A stretch of 64,000 bases of DNA from Microcoleus sp. GTDB taxonomy: Bacteria; Cyanobacteriota; Cyanobacteriia; Cyanobacteriales; Microcoleaceae. The stretch lies in contig JAYFMW010000006.1 of the NCBI GenBank assembly GCA_042408215.1, positions 640,001-704,000 on the forward strand, in the 5' to 3' direction. Below are positions 36,563-47,795 of the stretch, piece after piece. The notes under the pieces were generated by a model. The model saw only the letters and a program-made list of their open reading frames with translations. It did not search any database and was not told where the DNA came from. The translations under genes and the position numbers were made by a program. Position 1 is the first letter of the stretch, and the number at the start of each line of letters is the position of its first letter.

Positions 36563-39500
36563 TCCCCGACTCCTGACGGTGCAACCTCTACGTTTTTCAA
36601 AGCCGTCTCAACTCTTTGATACTCAGCTTCAACTTGTTCTAAAACCTCCCCGGCTTTCGCAGAGAAAGGCTTGTTCGCATTGAGCCCAATCCGCGCCATG
36701 ACTTCGAGTTCCTCGCACAACTCAAACAAGCGAAAAGCACCGAGAGTACCGCTAATCGATTTCAAAGAGTGAGCCGCCTGCCGTAAATCCAGCGGAGCGG
36801 CACTATTTACAGCCGCAGAGATGCCAAGCAGCAATTGGGGGGCTGTTTCGAGGTAAATTTCAATCACCTCATCTAAGGCCTCTACTTCTCGTAATCCATC
36901 CAGAATTTTTTGACTCAGACAGTTATCATCTTCTGGCGCGCCCTCAACAGTAAATTGACTGGGCGCAGGTTTTGCATCAGCAATTGTGCATTGTTGATTT
37001 CCGGTAAAAGTCAAATTCGTTAGCGCAGCCCTCGAAGTCGATCGCACTTCTAATTCACTTTTTCCCCCTATCTGTTCAGCATTGGAGTTAACAGAAACCA
37101 TAGATGGAACTCGATCGCACTCCCGATTAGATCTAGATTTACAGGCGCTTAAAACTCGAACAAGTTCCTCGATTTCGATCGGCTTGCTCAAATAGTCGTC
37201 CATCCCCGCAGCCATACACTCTTCGCGATCGCCCTGCATCGCATTTGCCGTCATCGCCACCACGATCGGCCGCTCAGTATCCCCCCATTCTTGACAAATC
37301 AGCCGCGAAGCTTCCAAACCGTCCATTTCCGGCATTTGCACATCCATCAGCACCACATCGTAAGGCTGGCGGCGCAAAGCTTCGATCGCTTCGAGACCAT
37401 TTCCGGCGACATCTGCGCGATACCCCATCCGCTGCAAAATCCGCAAAGCCACCTTCTGATTCACCGGGTGATCGTCAGCCAAAAGAATCCGCAGCGGTGA
37501 CTGCTCGGCTAGTACAGGTATAGTTTGCAAGAAAGTCCCACGGTTGGGCTGCACTCTAACTTCTGTTGCCGATTCCCGAAAAATATTGATCAAAACATTG
37601 TAAAGCTGAGATTGTTTGATCGGCTTATTCAAAAAAGCAGCAAAATCCACATCCCAAGCCTGGGTGTCGATTTCTTGCCTACCCATCGAAGTCAGCATGA
37701 CTAAAGGCAACTGTTCTCCGTCGGGATACTGGCGAATTTGCGCCGCTAAAGTCAACCCGTCCATTTCCGGCATTTGCATATCTAAAACCGCCAAGTCAAA
37801 CTGTTCTTTGGCAGCGAGCCACTCTAAAGCCAAACGAGCCGAACCAGAAGTTCGAGTCACCATTCCCCAAGACTGAGCTTGGAGAGTCAAAATTTGGCGG
37901 TTGGTAGCATTGTCATCCACAATCAGCACTCGCTTTCCGGCTAATTCAGGTTGAGAATTGCTCAAGTTAAGTGGCAAGGAACAATGGCTGGATGAAACGA
38001 TCGTCGTGAAATAAAAGGTAGAACCCGTCGATTTTAAATTTTGGGCGATCGACTTGCCAGCAAGTGTTGATTTGGGAGAGGAACATTGTTCGGTGATGTC
38101 TTCAGATGCTCCCCATTCCCCATCCCAAACTGCTGCTTGAAAATCTTCGGGAGGACACCCGGCCAAGTTGCCCATACTTTCCACCCACATCCGGCCGCCC
38201 ATCATTTTGACCAAACGCTTGCTAATTGCCAAACCCAATCCCGTACCGCCGTAGTGTCGGCTTGTGGAAGAATCAACCTGGCTGAAAGATTTAAACAGCC
38301 GATCCATGCGATCGCTTGGAATACCGATGCCAGTATCTTTAACCGCGAATTGTATTTCGTATGTTTGGTTAATTGCTAATTTTTCGCTATTAATTACTGC
38401 TGGTTCTGTGGCGATCGCAAAGGGCACTGACATCTTTCTAGCAGTGCAGGACACCACAACTTCTCCAGTTGCTGTAAATTTAACTGCATTGCTGAGCAAA
38501 TTGATTAAAATTTGCCTCAAGCGGGCGCTATCGCCGATCGCCGTGGATGGTACTGAACGGTCGATCAAATAACCCAATTCGAGTTGTTTTTGTGCCGCCT
38601 TAGCAGCTACCAAGTCGAGAGATTCCTCAATGCAAGTGCGGATGTCAAAGGGATGTTCCTCCAAGTCCAATTTGCCCGATTCAATTTTCGAGAAATCTAG
38701 AATATCGTTAATCAGAGTTAGCAAGGCATCGCCGCTGCTGCGGATAGTTTCTACAAAATCCCGTTGTTCGGAAGTTAAGCGGGTATCCAGCAGCAAGCCT
38801 GTCATGCCGATGACCCCATTCATCGGGGTGCGAATTTCGTGGCTCATGGTGGCCAAAAATTCACTTTTGGCTCTGGTAGCCGCCAGTGCTTCGTCGCGGG
38901 CTTTTGCCAAATCGATGTCTGTTTGCGATAGTTCGAGTTCACTACCTACCCACTGAGCCATCAGTTTCACCAACTCTCTATCTACAACTCGGAACGGTTC
39001 GCAAAGAGGTGTTGAACTCCAGAAGCACAGGGTGCCGTAAACTTTACCGGCCACTGTTACGGGAATGCCCATGTAAGCTTCTATATTGAAGGCCTCGTCG
39101 AGATTGTTGAAGGAAAAACCCGAATATCTGATCGACTCAAAGTGAAGCGGTTCTTTGATCGTTGCCGTAGCCACGCAGAAGGTTTTTTCCAAGTCATAGA
39201 TTTGTCCTTTGACGATCGACCCGTCTGGACACTCAACAGCAATGATTTGATAGTTGTCGCCTTCAATAGCCGACAAAATCCCAACCTCTAGCCCAAACTG
39301 TTGGCATCCCATAGCCAGCAGTTCTTGGAGGCGCAAATCAAAGGTAGAGAAGCGGTTGAGCGGGTCTGTACCGGGAGCCGAAGTCACTTGATACAAAGCT
39401 TTAATTGCAGCTTCGCTTTCTCGCAGTTCTTGTTCTGTTTGCTTTCGCAGGCTGATGTCGCGCGAGATGCCGATAATTTCTTGCACTTCGCCGGAAACCT

Positions 39501-40929
39501 TGTCGCGGATGGTGCGGCTGGTGGTTTCAAACCAGATGTATTGGCCGTCTTGGCGGCGGACGCGGTAGCTGACGGTGTATGTAATTGGCAGCGCCATTAC
39601 TTTTGTGTGTGCTTTGGCGATATCTTCTAAATCCTCGGGGTGAAAATAATCCTTGGGGAGGCGGCCGATTAGTTCCGATGGTTCGTATCCCAGCAATGCG
39701 TGACAGGCGGGCGAGACGTAAACAAAAACGCCTTCGGGGTTGTGTCTGCTGATCATGTCGGTTGAGTTCTCAGCCATCAACCGATAGCGGTCTTCGCTTT
39801 CATTGCGTTCGACTTGAGAATTACTCAATGCTTCTAGCATCCGGTTGATGGCGTCGGCCAGGCCGGAGAGTTCATCTGCTCCGGGCATCTGAACGCGCAA
39901 GTCTGGGTCGCCGTTGGCTGCGATGTTGCTGACACTGGTACTCAAGTCATGCAATCTCGCCAAGACTAATTTTTCTAGCAATAACAGGGCGATCGCGCTA
40001 AATATTAAACCTACTGCCAATATCGACAAAGTAAACAGCTCCAAGGTAGCTTGACCCTGGCGATAGATGATGCGATCGACCTCTACTCGCAGCAGCAGCC
40101 CTAGGTTGCCACTGATGTCCCGAATCAGCGCATATCCTGCGACTTTGCTTTCACTGACTGGCTCGACTAAAATTTCTACTGATTTGAGGTGGGAAATCTG
40201 GAGTTGGCGATTTTCCACCAGGCCCGATTTAGGTACTACCAAGGTGCCCAGGCTTGAGTAGCTCGTCGCTCCCACTTTAAAATTTAAACTCGGTAATCTA
40301 AAATCCACTGACAGGTGAGTCAGTTCTGACAGCAAACCGATTTCGGTGCGATCGAGATAGCGCCCTAGTATCAGCGTCCCCTGGGCTGGGCCTTCAGCAT
40401 TACTGTTGAGGATCGGCTTTGAAGCAATCAGCAGCGTGGCTTCTGGCAGGGTGAGGACGCCTGTTTTATTACGTCCCGGGCGATCGCCCAGAGTACCAGT
40501 CCCAGAATTTAGGAGCGCCTCTGTCAAGTGCTGTTTTAAGTTTTCGGGAATCGGGATTTCGGTTTTGGACTTGAGGTCGAAACCTTTACTGAAGACGGTC
40601 TGACCCTTGGAGTCCAGCAGCACCAATAAATTTAGCCTTAAGTAAATAAATGTGGAATCCACCAAATTTGATTTGACAAAATCAGCATTATGTGTATTGA
40701 CAAACGAGTAGGTGTCGTCCCACTCAGCGTAATCTCGTGCACTGGTGTCTAAATTCGACAAATCATCATCTAAGGCATCCAAAGCCCGCGCGACATCCAG
40801 GCGGACGTACTGGGCCTCCAGGTTGCGGAAATCGTGCAGCAAGATGGTTGATGCAGTGGCATAGAGAACCACAATTAGGCTGATCAGCGCAGCACCGACG
40901 ATTAATAGTGTTTTTTTGCGGAGTTGCAT
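36559..40929 (-). CDS. Hybrid histidine kinase CHASE4-HAMP-PAS-GAF-HisKA-HATPase-REC-REC-Hpt
   Basis: DYAEWDDTY, FLATMSHEIRTPMNG, GGTGLGLAI, two DMQMP/DVQMP receivers, AAHSLKSISG. Confidence 0.95.
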   Translation of the reverse strand: MQLRKKTLLIVGAALISLIVVLYATASTILLHDFRNLEAQYVRLDVARALDALDDDLSNLDTSARDYAEWDDTYSFVNTHNADFVKSNLVDSTFIYLRLNLLVLLDSKGQTVFSKGFDLKSKTEIPIPENLKQHLTEALLNSGTGTLGDRPGRNKTGVLTLPEATLLIASKPILNSNAEGPAQGTLILGRYLDRTEIGLLSELTHLSVDFRLPSLNFKVGATSYSSLGTLVVPKSGLVENRQLQISHLKSVEILVEPVSESKVAGYALIRDISGNLGLLLRVEVDRIIYRQGQATLELFTLSILAVGLIFSAIALLLLEKLVLARLHDLSTSVSNIAANGDPDLRVQMPGADELSGLADAINRMLEALSNSQVERNESEDRYRLMAENSTDMISRHNPEGVFVYVSPACHALLGYEPSELIGRLPKDYFHPEDLEDIAKAHTKVMALPITYTVSYRVRRQDGQYIWFETTSRTIRDKVSGEVQEIIGISRDISLRKQTEQELRESEAAIKALYQVTSAPGTDPLNRFSTFDLRLQELLAMGCQQFGLEVGILSAIEGDNYQIIAVECPDGSIVKGQIYDLEKTFCVATATIKEPLHFESIRYSGFSFNNLDEAFNIEAYMGIPVTVAGKVYGTLCFWSSTPLCEPFRVVDRELVKLMAQWVGSELELSQTDIDLAKARDEALAATRAKSEFLATMSHEIRTPMNGVIGMTGLLLDTRLTSEQRDFVETIRSSGDALLTLINDILDFSKIESGKLDLEEHPFDIRTCIEESLDLVAAKAAQKQLELGYLIDRSVPSTAIGDSARLRQILINLLSNAVKFTATGEVVVSCTARKMSVPFAIATEPAVINSEKLAINQTYEIQFAVKDTGIGIPSDRMDRLFKSFSQVDSSTSRHYGGTGLGLAISKRLVKMMGGRMWVESMGNLAGCPPEDFQAAVWDGEWGASEDITEQCSSPKSTLAGKSIAQNLKSTGSTFYFTTIVSSSHCSLPLNLSNSQPELAGKRVLIVDDNATNRQILTLQAQSWGMVTRTSGSARLALEWLAAKEQFDLAVLDMQMPEMDGLTLAAQIRQYPDGEQLPLVMLTSMGRQEIDTQAWDVDFAAFLNKPIKQSQLYNVLINIFRESATEVRVQPNRGTFLQTIPVLAEQSPLRILLADDHPVNQKVALRILQRMGYRADVAGNGLEAIEALRRQPYDVVLMDVQMPEMDGLEASRLICQEWGDTERPIVVAMTANAMQGDREECMAAGMDDYLSKPIEIEELVRVLSACKSRSNRECDRVPSMVSVNSNAEQIGGKSELEVRSTSRAALTNLTFTGNQQCTIADAKPAPSQFTVEGAPEDDNCLSQKILDGLREVEALDEVIEIYLETAPQLLLGISAAVNSAAPLDLRQAAHSLKSISGTLGAFRLFELCEELEVMARIGLNANKPFSAKAGEVLEQVEAEYQRVETALKNVEVAPSGVGE

Positions 40930-41584
40930 GGTGTCGCCCTCCTCACGGTGCTACTAGGCAACTAGCCTGTGGAGGTTGTTTGAGATGTAAATCGTTAAGC
41001 ATATCGACAGGGCCTGGGTGTGTTGACGCTTGCTGGGCTGTTCAAGCCATTGGTATGCCCAAGGTATCGGGTATCTCGCCCATCACAGTCTAATGTAGTA
41101 TTTCCATGCCTTTAGTTCCTTACTGATTATCCATAGTCTATAAACTACGAGTTATTACCTCAATATCAGTATTTTCTCTGATTCTAACGGGTCAATCGGA
41201 AAACAATTAAAGTTTGATACTGCCGGATGTTGGCGACGGGAGGCTGGTTTTACAGATGCTGGGTGGATGGCCTCAAGTATTACTCTAGCTACAAATTAAT
41301 AGTGCGATCGCTCCCCCGGTTGGGCGTAGTTTTGTCAAAAAAAAGGTGCGCCTCCAGAAGCTTTGTGGAATATTTTAAGTTATTTTCGCTCAGTATTTTT
41401 GATTAAGTTTTTTGGCGCGAGGCTTTCCCTTCCCCAAAAAATATCAAAGGGAAAACCGATCGTTTTCCCTTTGATATTTGGTATTAATCGACTTAACTGC
41501 GATGGTTCGACTCCGCTCACCAACCATCGAGTTTTTGTGATTTCTGACTGCTGACGAATCAGGAATGCCTAATTTCGATCGCCT

Positions 41585-44500
41585 TTACCGGAGCACAGCT
41601 AAAGCACCAGCACCGGCTGACGCCGCGGCCGAGGAAAGAGCGGTAAAAAACAGCCACCAAGCCGCAACTTCTGCTGCTTTGCGAGTTTCTTCCGCTTTTT
41701 GTTCCGCTTGCAATTTGATGCTTTCCAGGCGGATTTGCGCTGATTGATGCAAGCGTTCGGCTCTTTGCAGGACGGTGTTTCGGCTGCTTTCGATTTGGTC
41801 GATCAAGCGGTTCGCGTCTGCTTCGGAAATGTCCTCGCGGGAACTAATGAGTGCGACTATTGTATCGCGATTGAATTGACTGAGCCGATCGCGCAAAGCA
41901 TCAAATCCGGCTTGCGGATCGTCAAATAACTGACGAACATCCCGCGTGATACCTTCGTAATTGAGTTCAGGTCGATCGAGAGAATTGAGGTAATCCCGAA
42001 CCTTTGCCAGAATCCCGTCAATTACAGACTGAATGCGCTCCTGTATTTTCTGAATTTGCTGTTGGAATTGGTCGCGCACCGACACAATTTGATCGACAAT
42101 GCGATTAGCTTCTGCTTCCGAAATATCCGGCCGCTGAGACAACAGAGAAACGATTGTCGCTCGATCGATATGCGACAGCCGATCGCCCAAACTGTAAGCG
42201 CCGACTTTTGGGTCATGCAGCAGCAGTTGCAAGTCACGCTTGATGGCTTCGGGATTTAATTCTTCCTTGCCTGTATGGCGCAAATAATCTGCTAAAACAC
42301 CCTGAAAATCTTGCACTTGAATTTGCATCCGTCTTGCTAAACGGCGCGGCGCTTTCACAATCGAGCCAATTGTATCCTGCACTTGGTCGATAATTTGATT
42401 AACTTGTTCCTCGGTCAAATCTTCTCTTTGAGAAAGCAGTTTTACCCAAGTTTCGCGGTCAAATTTAGACAGGCGAAATCCCAGGGCTAAAGCTCCTGCT
42501 TTGGGATGTTCCAGCAATTTGGTCAAATCGCGCTTAATCCCTTCAGGATTAAGTTCTGATTTGCCCGTATTCCGCAGATAATCTGCCAGCGCAGTAGTTG
42601 TTTCGTCGTACTGTTCCTTAGCTTTGTCCGCAATCTTTTGCGGTGCGTTCAGGGCGCTATGCCAAGTCTCTTCTGCGCTGTCTAGGAGTTGATTCACTTG
42701 GTCTTCGCTGAGGTCTTTCCGCTGAGATAGCAATTTTACCAAAGTTTCGCGATCGAACTTAGAAGCTCTCGATTTCAGCGCCCACATTCCCGCTTCGGGA
42801 TTATCTAACAGGGTTTTGAAATCGCGCTTAATGCCTTCGGGATTGAGTTCCGCTTGGCCCGTAGACTGCAAGTATTCTTGCACTTTTTGCCACTGGTTGT
42901 CTAGGCGGACTTTAGCTGCTTCTTGCAGGCCTTGAGCATCTGCCAAAACTACATCTTTTGTCCTTTCCAACTCTTTAACAATCTGTTCTACTTCCTGAAA
43001 GCCGAAGTTTTCCCGACCTCTGAGGATTTGGACGAAACTATCGCGGGTGTAAGGAGCAAGCCGATCGCGCAACTGTTCGTAAGTAGCATCGTCATCTTCT
43101 AGAATTTGCTTGAAATCCTTGTCAATACCTGCTGCTGTCAGTTCCTCTTTTGGCGTCAAATTCAAATATGTTTCCAATCGCCACTGCAAATCGCGGGTTT
43201 TTTCTTCCTCCTCCGCCAAAATAACTGTGTTTAAAACTCGCTTTCTAATAGCTTCCAATTCATTAACAATTTCTTTGATTTTGCTTTGAGTAAACACTCC
43301 TCTGCTGGCCAGAATTTCTGCAAACTTTGACTGATTGAGTTTTTCTAATTCGCGGCGAACTGTTCCCGGATCGGCGGTGGGATCGTAGATAACTTCTCGA
43401 AATTCGCGCTCGATAGTTTGCGGGTTCATCTGCCAGGAATAAGCATTGAGCAGGTAGTTTTCTACATCGGCTCGAATAGGGCTGTAAGGTTCTGGTTCGC
43501 CTTTGACTTGAGCGGTAATTTTATCAGTTTGCTGGCTAACTTTGTCTTTGGCTGTTTTTAACTGACCGACTACTTTTTCCACATCGAAGTCAGAAATATC
43601 AGTCCGTCCCAATACTATTCCCATTAAAGCATTGACTGCCATTGTCGTTGCTTGGGACATCATTGTTGGGCTTTGTCCTTGATTTTGACTCCCCAGATTT
43701 CCCAGGGCTTGTTCTACTCTACTTGTCAATTTATCTGAGAGCAATTCTCCAGATTTTGCCGATTTGAGATATTCTACTAATTGGGCAATCCCGTCTGTTT
43801 GCTGTCCTTGTTTTCCTACTTGTTTCCAAGCGTCTTGGAGTTGGTCTACAATGCGGTTGACGTCGCGTTTTGATAGGTCCGATCGCGAACTGACTAATTC
43901 TACAAGGGTTTGGCGATCGAGATTGGGCAAATTTTCGCCAGCAATAGATTTGAGTTGCGGATCGTTGAGCAATTTTTCAAACTCACTCCGCATCCCTTTG
44001 ATGTCTAATTCAGGCGGTTTGAGGCTGTGAATATAGTCTTCGACGTTTTCCCGCAGACTTATGGGATCGATCGCGCTACCGAGCTCGTGGCCCACTGCTG
44101 CTGCTGCGGCTTTGGCTGTGGCCACCACTTGATTGCTGGCTGCTTTTGCGCCCAGGGCGGCGGCTGCGGTGCCGACAATCGCTTGAAAGCCTGATGTGGC
44201 GGTGTTGACGACGGAACCGATCAGGGAACCGACGGTGGTGGAGCTCACCCACACCAGCATGGAGAAGTAGGTGGCCCACACGACTAAGCCGACGATCGCA
44301 CCTAAACCGGGGCTGCTAATCAAGCTGAGTTTAACTGCTAGCAAGCAGGCGAAGAATAGGGCGATGGTAACGGTGATTAGCGTCCAAGTTCCTACCTTTT
44401 TACCGATGTGCCGCACTTGGGGGCTGTCGCCGTCAGCAGGGGAACTTTCGTGGGATTGATTTCCCATGTAAGAAAGGCCGGCTGCTACTGATAAGTTGGT

Positions 44501-44680
44501 TAGCAAGAGTTGGAAGGCGAAGGCGAGTACAACTCCAGCTATTAAGGCGATAAAAAATTGTGGCCCGGAATACAAGAGTGCTGCGTCTTCTGCGGTGTTG
44601 ACAGTCCGTTGTGCTGGTACTTGGGCGAGCCAGAGGCTGATATTATACATTGGTGGAGTTATTGGCAAGTTTTGATACAT
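41585..44680 (-). CDS. Large conserved cyanobacterial membrane-anchored protein with helical internal repeats
   Basis: N- and C-terminal TM segments; repeated ELNPEGIKRD...DRETLVKLLSQR units. Confidence 0.75.
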   Translation of the reverse strand: MYQNLPITPPMYNISLWLAQVPAQRTVNTAEDAALLYSGPQFFIALIAGVVLAFAFQLLLTNLSVAAGLSYMGNQSHESSPADGDSPQVRHIGKKVGTWTLITVTIALFFACLLAVKLSLISSPGLGAIVGLVVWATYFSMLVWVSSTTVGSLIGSVVNTATSGFQAIVGTAAAALGAKAASNQVVATAKAAAAAVGHELGSAIDPISLRENVEDYIHSLKPPELDIKGMRSEFEKLLNDPQLKSIAGENLPNLDRQTLVELVSSRSDLSKRDVNRIVDQLQDAWKQVGKQGQQTDGIAQLVEYLKSAKSGELLSDKLTSRVEQALGNLGSQNQGQSPTMMSQATTMAVNALMGIVLGRTDISDFDVEKVVGQLKTAKDKVSQQTDKITAQVKGEPEPYSPIRADVENYLLNAYSWQMNPQTIEREFREVIYDPTADPGTVRRELEKLNQSKFAEILASRGVFTQSKIKEIVNELEAIRKRVLNTVILAEEEEKTRDLQWRLETYLNLTPKEELTAAGIDKDFKQILEDDDATYEQLRDRLAPYTRDSFVQILRGRENFGFQEVEQIVKELERTKDVVLADAQGLQEAAKVRLDNQWQKVQEYLQSTGQAELNPEGIKRDFKTLLDNPEAGMWALKSRASKFDRETLVKLLSQRKDLSEDQVNQLLDSAEETWHSALNAPQKIADKAKEQYDETTTALADYLRNTGKSELNPEGIKRDLTKLLEHPKAGALALGFRLSKFDRETWVKLLSQREDLTEEQVNQIIDQVQDTIGSIVKAPRRLARRMQIQVQDFQGVLADYLRHTGKEELNPEAIKRDLQLLLHDPKVGAYSLGDRLSHIDRATIVSLLSQRPDISEAEANRIVDQIVSVRDQFQQQIQKIQERIQSVIDGILAKVRDYLNSLDRPELNYEGITRDVRQLFDDPQAGFDALRDRLSQFNRDTIVALISSREDISEADANRLIDQIESSRNTVLQRAERLHQSAQIRLESIKLQAEQKAEETRKAAEVAAWWLFFTALSSAAASAGAGALAVLR

Positions 44681-44880
44681 AGTATATTCCTCGTTAAGGG
44701 GTGGGTTCGCAGGTTTGAGTGAGTTGGTGCGCGCGATCGGCTAATGTATAGTTTCTGTTTTTTGCTCTCAATACCAGCATCACCTGATTAACGAGCTAAA
44801 GCATCCCCCTACAGTCGGAAGTATATATAGCAGTTCTCAATAAACTGAGGTATGCCCTAGGCCCTAGGCCCTAGGCCCTA

Positions 44881-45011
44881 GGGCGTGTTTTCAAAGTCTT
44901 AGATCCCCCCCAGCCCCCCTTAAAAAGGGGGGAGAAAGAGTCTCAAAGTCCCCCTTTTTAAGGGGGATTTAGGGGGATCGGGATCTGATTGGAGAGTTTG
45001 AAAACACGCCC
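44881..45011. mobile_element. MITE with 15-bp TIRs GGGCGTGTTTTCAAA (IS5-like, CTAG/TA target)
   Basis: Perfect TIRs; flanked by (GCCCTAG)n. Confidence 0.8.
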
Positions 45012-45086
45012 TAGGCCCTAGGCCCTATATCAAGCGTGCACCGCACTGTTACCGAGAAAGGCTATTTGTGCTAAATGAAACTTTAC

Positions 45087-45572
45087 GAATAGTCAGAAAC
45101 CGGGTTTTTGCAGAGAAGACACGTTACACCTCGTAGAAACTGCTAAAAACCCGGTTATGAAGGTTTACGAGTAGTCAGAAACCGGGTTTTTGCAGAGAAG
45201 ACACGTTACACCTCGTAGAAACTGCTAAAAACCCGGTTATGAAGGTTTACGAGTAGTCAGAAACCGGGTTTTTGCAGAGAAGACACGTTACACCTCGTAG
45301 AAACTGCTAAAAACCCGGTTATGAAGGTTTACGAGTAGTCAGAAACCGGGTTTTTGCAGAGAAGACACGTTACACCTCGTAGAAACTGCTAAAAACCCGG
45401 TTATGAAACTTTACGAGTAGTCAGAAACCGGGTTTTTGCAGAGAAGACACGTTACACCTCGTAGAAACTGCTAAAAACCCGGTTATGAAGGTTTACGAGT
45501 AGTCAGAAACCGGGTTTTTTACCGAGATACTGCATTAGAGCCTTTAACTAAAGTAAAAAACCCGGTTTCTTT
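45087..45572. repeat. 82-bp tandem palindromic repeat, 5 copies plus one divergent unit
   Basis: GAGTAGTCAGAAACCGGGTTTTT...AAAAACCCGGTT units. Confidence 0.93.
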
Positions 45573-45626
45573 AGTCGGGGTGTGGCTATGCCATCATTAA
45601 TCAGAGAATGAAATGAATTATGAACC

Positions 45627-45806
45627 ATGAAAACCCCCGTTAAACTTAACGAATAATTGGTTAAAGAAGCCTTTCGCTTAACCAATTTCAAGACAGAAAA
45701 AGAACTAATTGACTTGGCTTTGCAAGAATTAATTCGCACCAGCAAAAAGCGGAACCTACTTGATTTAAGCGGACCAATTCAATTGGCCACCTTCACATTC
45801 TTTTAA
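45627..45806 (+). pseudogene. VapB-like antitoxin remnant
   Basis: MKTPVKLNE*LVKEAFRLTNFKTEKELIDLALQELIR...NLLDLSG with an internal stop; no toxin follows. Confidence 0.6.
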
Positions 45807-45814
45807 CTCAGGCT

Positions 45815-46159
45815 AAAATCATCCTCGAACAGTTGTTTCCCGGCTTGCAAAACGAACTTGTAGCTGCTGATGTTCCTATCTTAGATCCGAAGTCGATCGC
45901 CTGGTTTAGTCCCGCAGGTTGGGCACCGCAATTTACCCCAGATCTAAATGATTTAATTATGTTCAGTCGGGATTTACTAGATTGGGTAGTTCGCCGCCGA
46001 TTGGCTGAAAATACCAACTTGCATTTTCAAGAAGGAGGAACAGTCACGGGATTACTGCTAAATGCCGATCGCCAGTCGGTGACAGGAGTGTCGGTGCGTT
46101 TTCGCGATCGAAGGCGATCGCTGGTTTGTGACTCTCGCTGGAGGCGATCGGGCTGTTAG
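45815..46159 (+). pseudogene. Internal fragment of an FAD-dependent oxidoreductase/monooxygenase
   Basis: ILEQLFPGLQNEL...SRDLLDWVVRRRL...VTGLL...VTGV; both termini missing. Confidence 0.6.
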
Positions 46160-46263
46160 TCAATAGAAGAATGCTAAGGGTTAAGTAAATCAACCTAATT
46201 AAACGTAAAACGCGATCGCTGTTAGCTCCCCGACTTATTGAAGAAGTCGGGACTCTATCGACA

Positions 46264-46941
46264 TTATGGGACATTTTTGTCCGTAGGTCGATCGGCAATT
46301 AGGGCGATCGCACCTACCATAATTTTGTGCTCTTGCACCTGAATTCTCCCGTGCAGCGTTTCTGCCGTATCATCAGGGAGTATCGGCACCGCTGCTTGCA
46401 TTAAAATCGGGCCGCTGTCTACTTCTAAACGAGCGATATGCACCGTACATCCAGTGATTTTCACACCCGCTTTCAGCGCTTGCTCAACCGATCTAATTCC
46501 CGGAAAACTCGGCAGCAAACTGGGGTGAATGTTCACAACTTTGTCGGGGAAAGCATCGAGCAAAACTTTGGTAACTATTCGCATCCAGCCTGCCATGATC
46601 ACCCATTCTACATCATGTTCTTGGAAAGTTTTGACAATTTTTGTATCTAATTCTTCGCGGCTTTTGCAGTCGCGGTGATTGAGGAGAATTGAGGGAATAC
46701 CGTATTTTTCGGCTCGCGCTGCGGCTTTGGCTTCGGGGTTGTTGTAAATTAATACTTGGACTTGAGCGTTGAGTTGTTGGTTTTGAATTGCTTGGGCAAT
46801 TACCTCAAAGTTGCTACCGCTTCCAGAGGCTAAAATTCCTAGTTTTAATGGCTGGCTAATAGCCGTATTTTTTTCAACTCCAGCGGGAGGAATTGCGGGA
46901 ACAATTAAACAATCTATAGAATTGGTATTTGCTGCTATCAT
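46264..46941 (-). CDS. purN: Phosphoribosylglycinamide formyltransferase
   Basis: ASGSGSNFE, MAGWMRI, NIHPSLLPSFPG, VDSGPI. Confidence 0.97.
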   Translation of the reverse strand: MIAANTNSIDCLIVPAIPPAGVEKNTAISQPLKLGILASGSGSNFEVIAQAIQNQQLNAQVQVLIYNNPEAKAAARAEKYGIPSILLNHRDCKSREELDTKIVKTFQEHDVEWVIMAGWMRIVTKVLLDAFPDKVVNIHPSLLPSFPGIRSVEQALKAGVKITGCTVHIARLEVDSGPILMQAAVPILPDDTAETLHGRIQVQEHKIMVGAIALIADRPTDKNVP

Positions 46942-47153
46942 AAAAATTTTACCGTCCTATGAAAGAAGAATTAACTGGGCATCTAAAGTTGGCTAGGTCA
47001 CTATAGCGGTTGTCAAATAAGTGAGGTACTGATCGAGGCTAATCTGTAGGGTGCGTCGCTGTGAGATGTTCCATTGAACTTGCAAATTTTAGCGACGCAC
47101 CTTACCTATCCGATCAAGGCTATATTTCTCGAATTGTACCATCTACATACCTG

Positions 47154-47777
47154 CTAATCTGCTCGAACGACAAAAAAATCATCCCTGAGAATCGAATAAA
47201 TTTTGAGATCCCAATATCTGCCTTTGACAAATAGCTGCTGTCGCAATATTCCTTCCAATTGCATCCCCACTTTTTCCATCACGCGGGCTGAACCAATATT
47301 ATTAACTTCACATTTAGCCTCAATTCTATTCAGCAGCATTTCCCGAAAGCCGAACTCCATAATTGCATTGACAGCCTCACTCATGTATCCTTGATTCCAA
47401 TATTTGCGATCCAGCGCGTATCCAATTTCACCGCGACTGTGTGTCATACTCCATTCCACATATCCGCAAGTGCCGATCAATTTTTTCTCGGCTTTATGAA
47501 CTATTCCCCAATCTACAAGTTCTCGTCTTTTGTACATTTTCAGCAGCGACTTTAGAAAATACTTAGTCTCTTCGATCGAGCCATGAGTAGACCACATTGT
47601 GTATTCTGATACTTGGGGGTCGGCAGCATACTCAAACATATCGTTGGCATCGTTTAACGTAATTTTTCTCATCAGGAGTCTATCAGTTTCTATAGAGGGC
47701 AAATTGGATAATATATCTAGAAGTTTCATTTTGACATTGACCTGTATTGTGATATAATTTAAACCTAAAAACTCCAA
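47154..47777 (-). CDS. RimJ/RimL-type GNAT acetyltransferase (start likely 47729)
   Basis: IETDRLLMR, EIGYAL...WNQGYMSEA, NIGSARVMEKVGM. Confidence 0.9.
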   Translation of the reverse strand: MEFLGLNYITIQVNVKMKLLDILSNLPSIETDRLLMRKITLNDANDMFEYAADPQVSEYTMWSTHGSIEETKYFLKSLLKMYKRRELVDWGIVHKAEKKLIGTCGYVEWSMTHSRGEIGYALDRKYWNQGYMSEAVNAIMEFGFREMLLNRIEAKCEVNNIGSARVMEKVGMQLEGILRQQLFVKGRYWDLKIYSILRDDFFVVRAD

Positions 47778-47795
47778 GCTAAAATTTTCAAGCCA

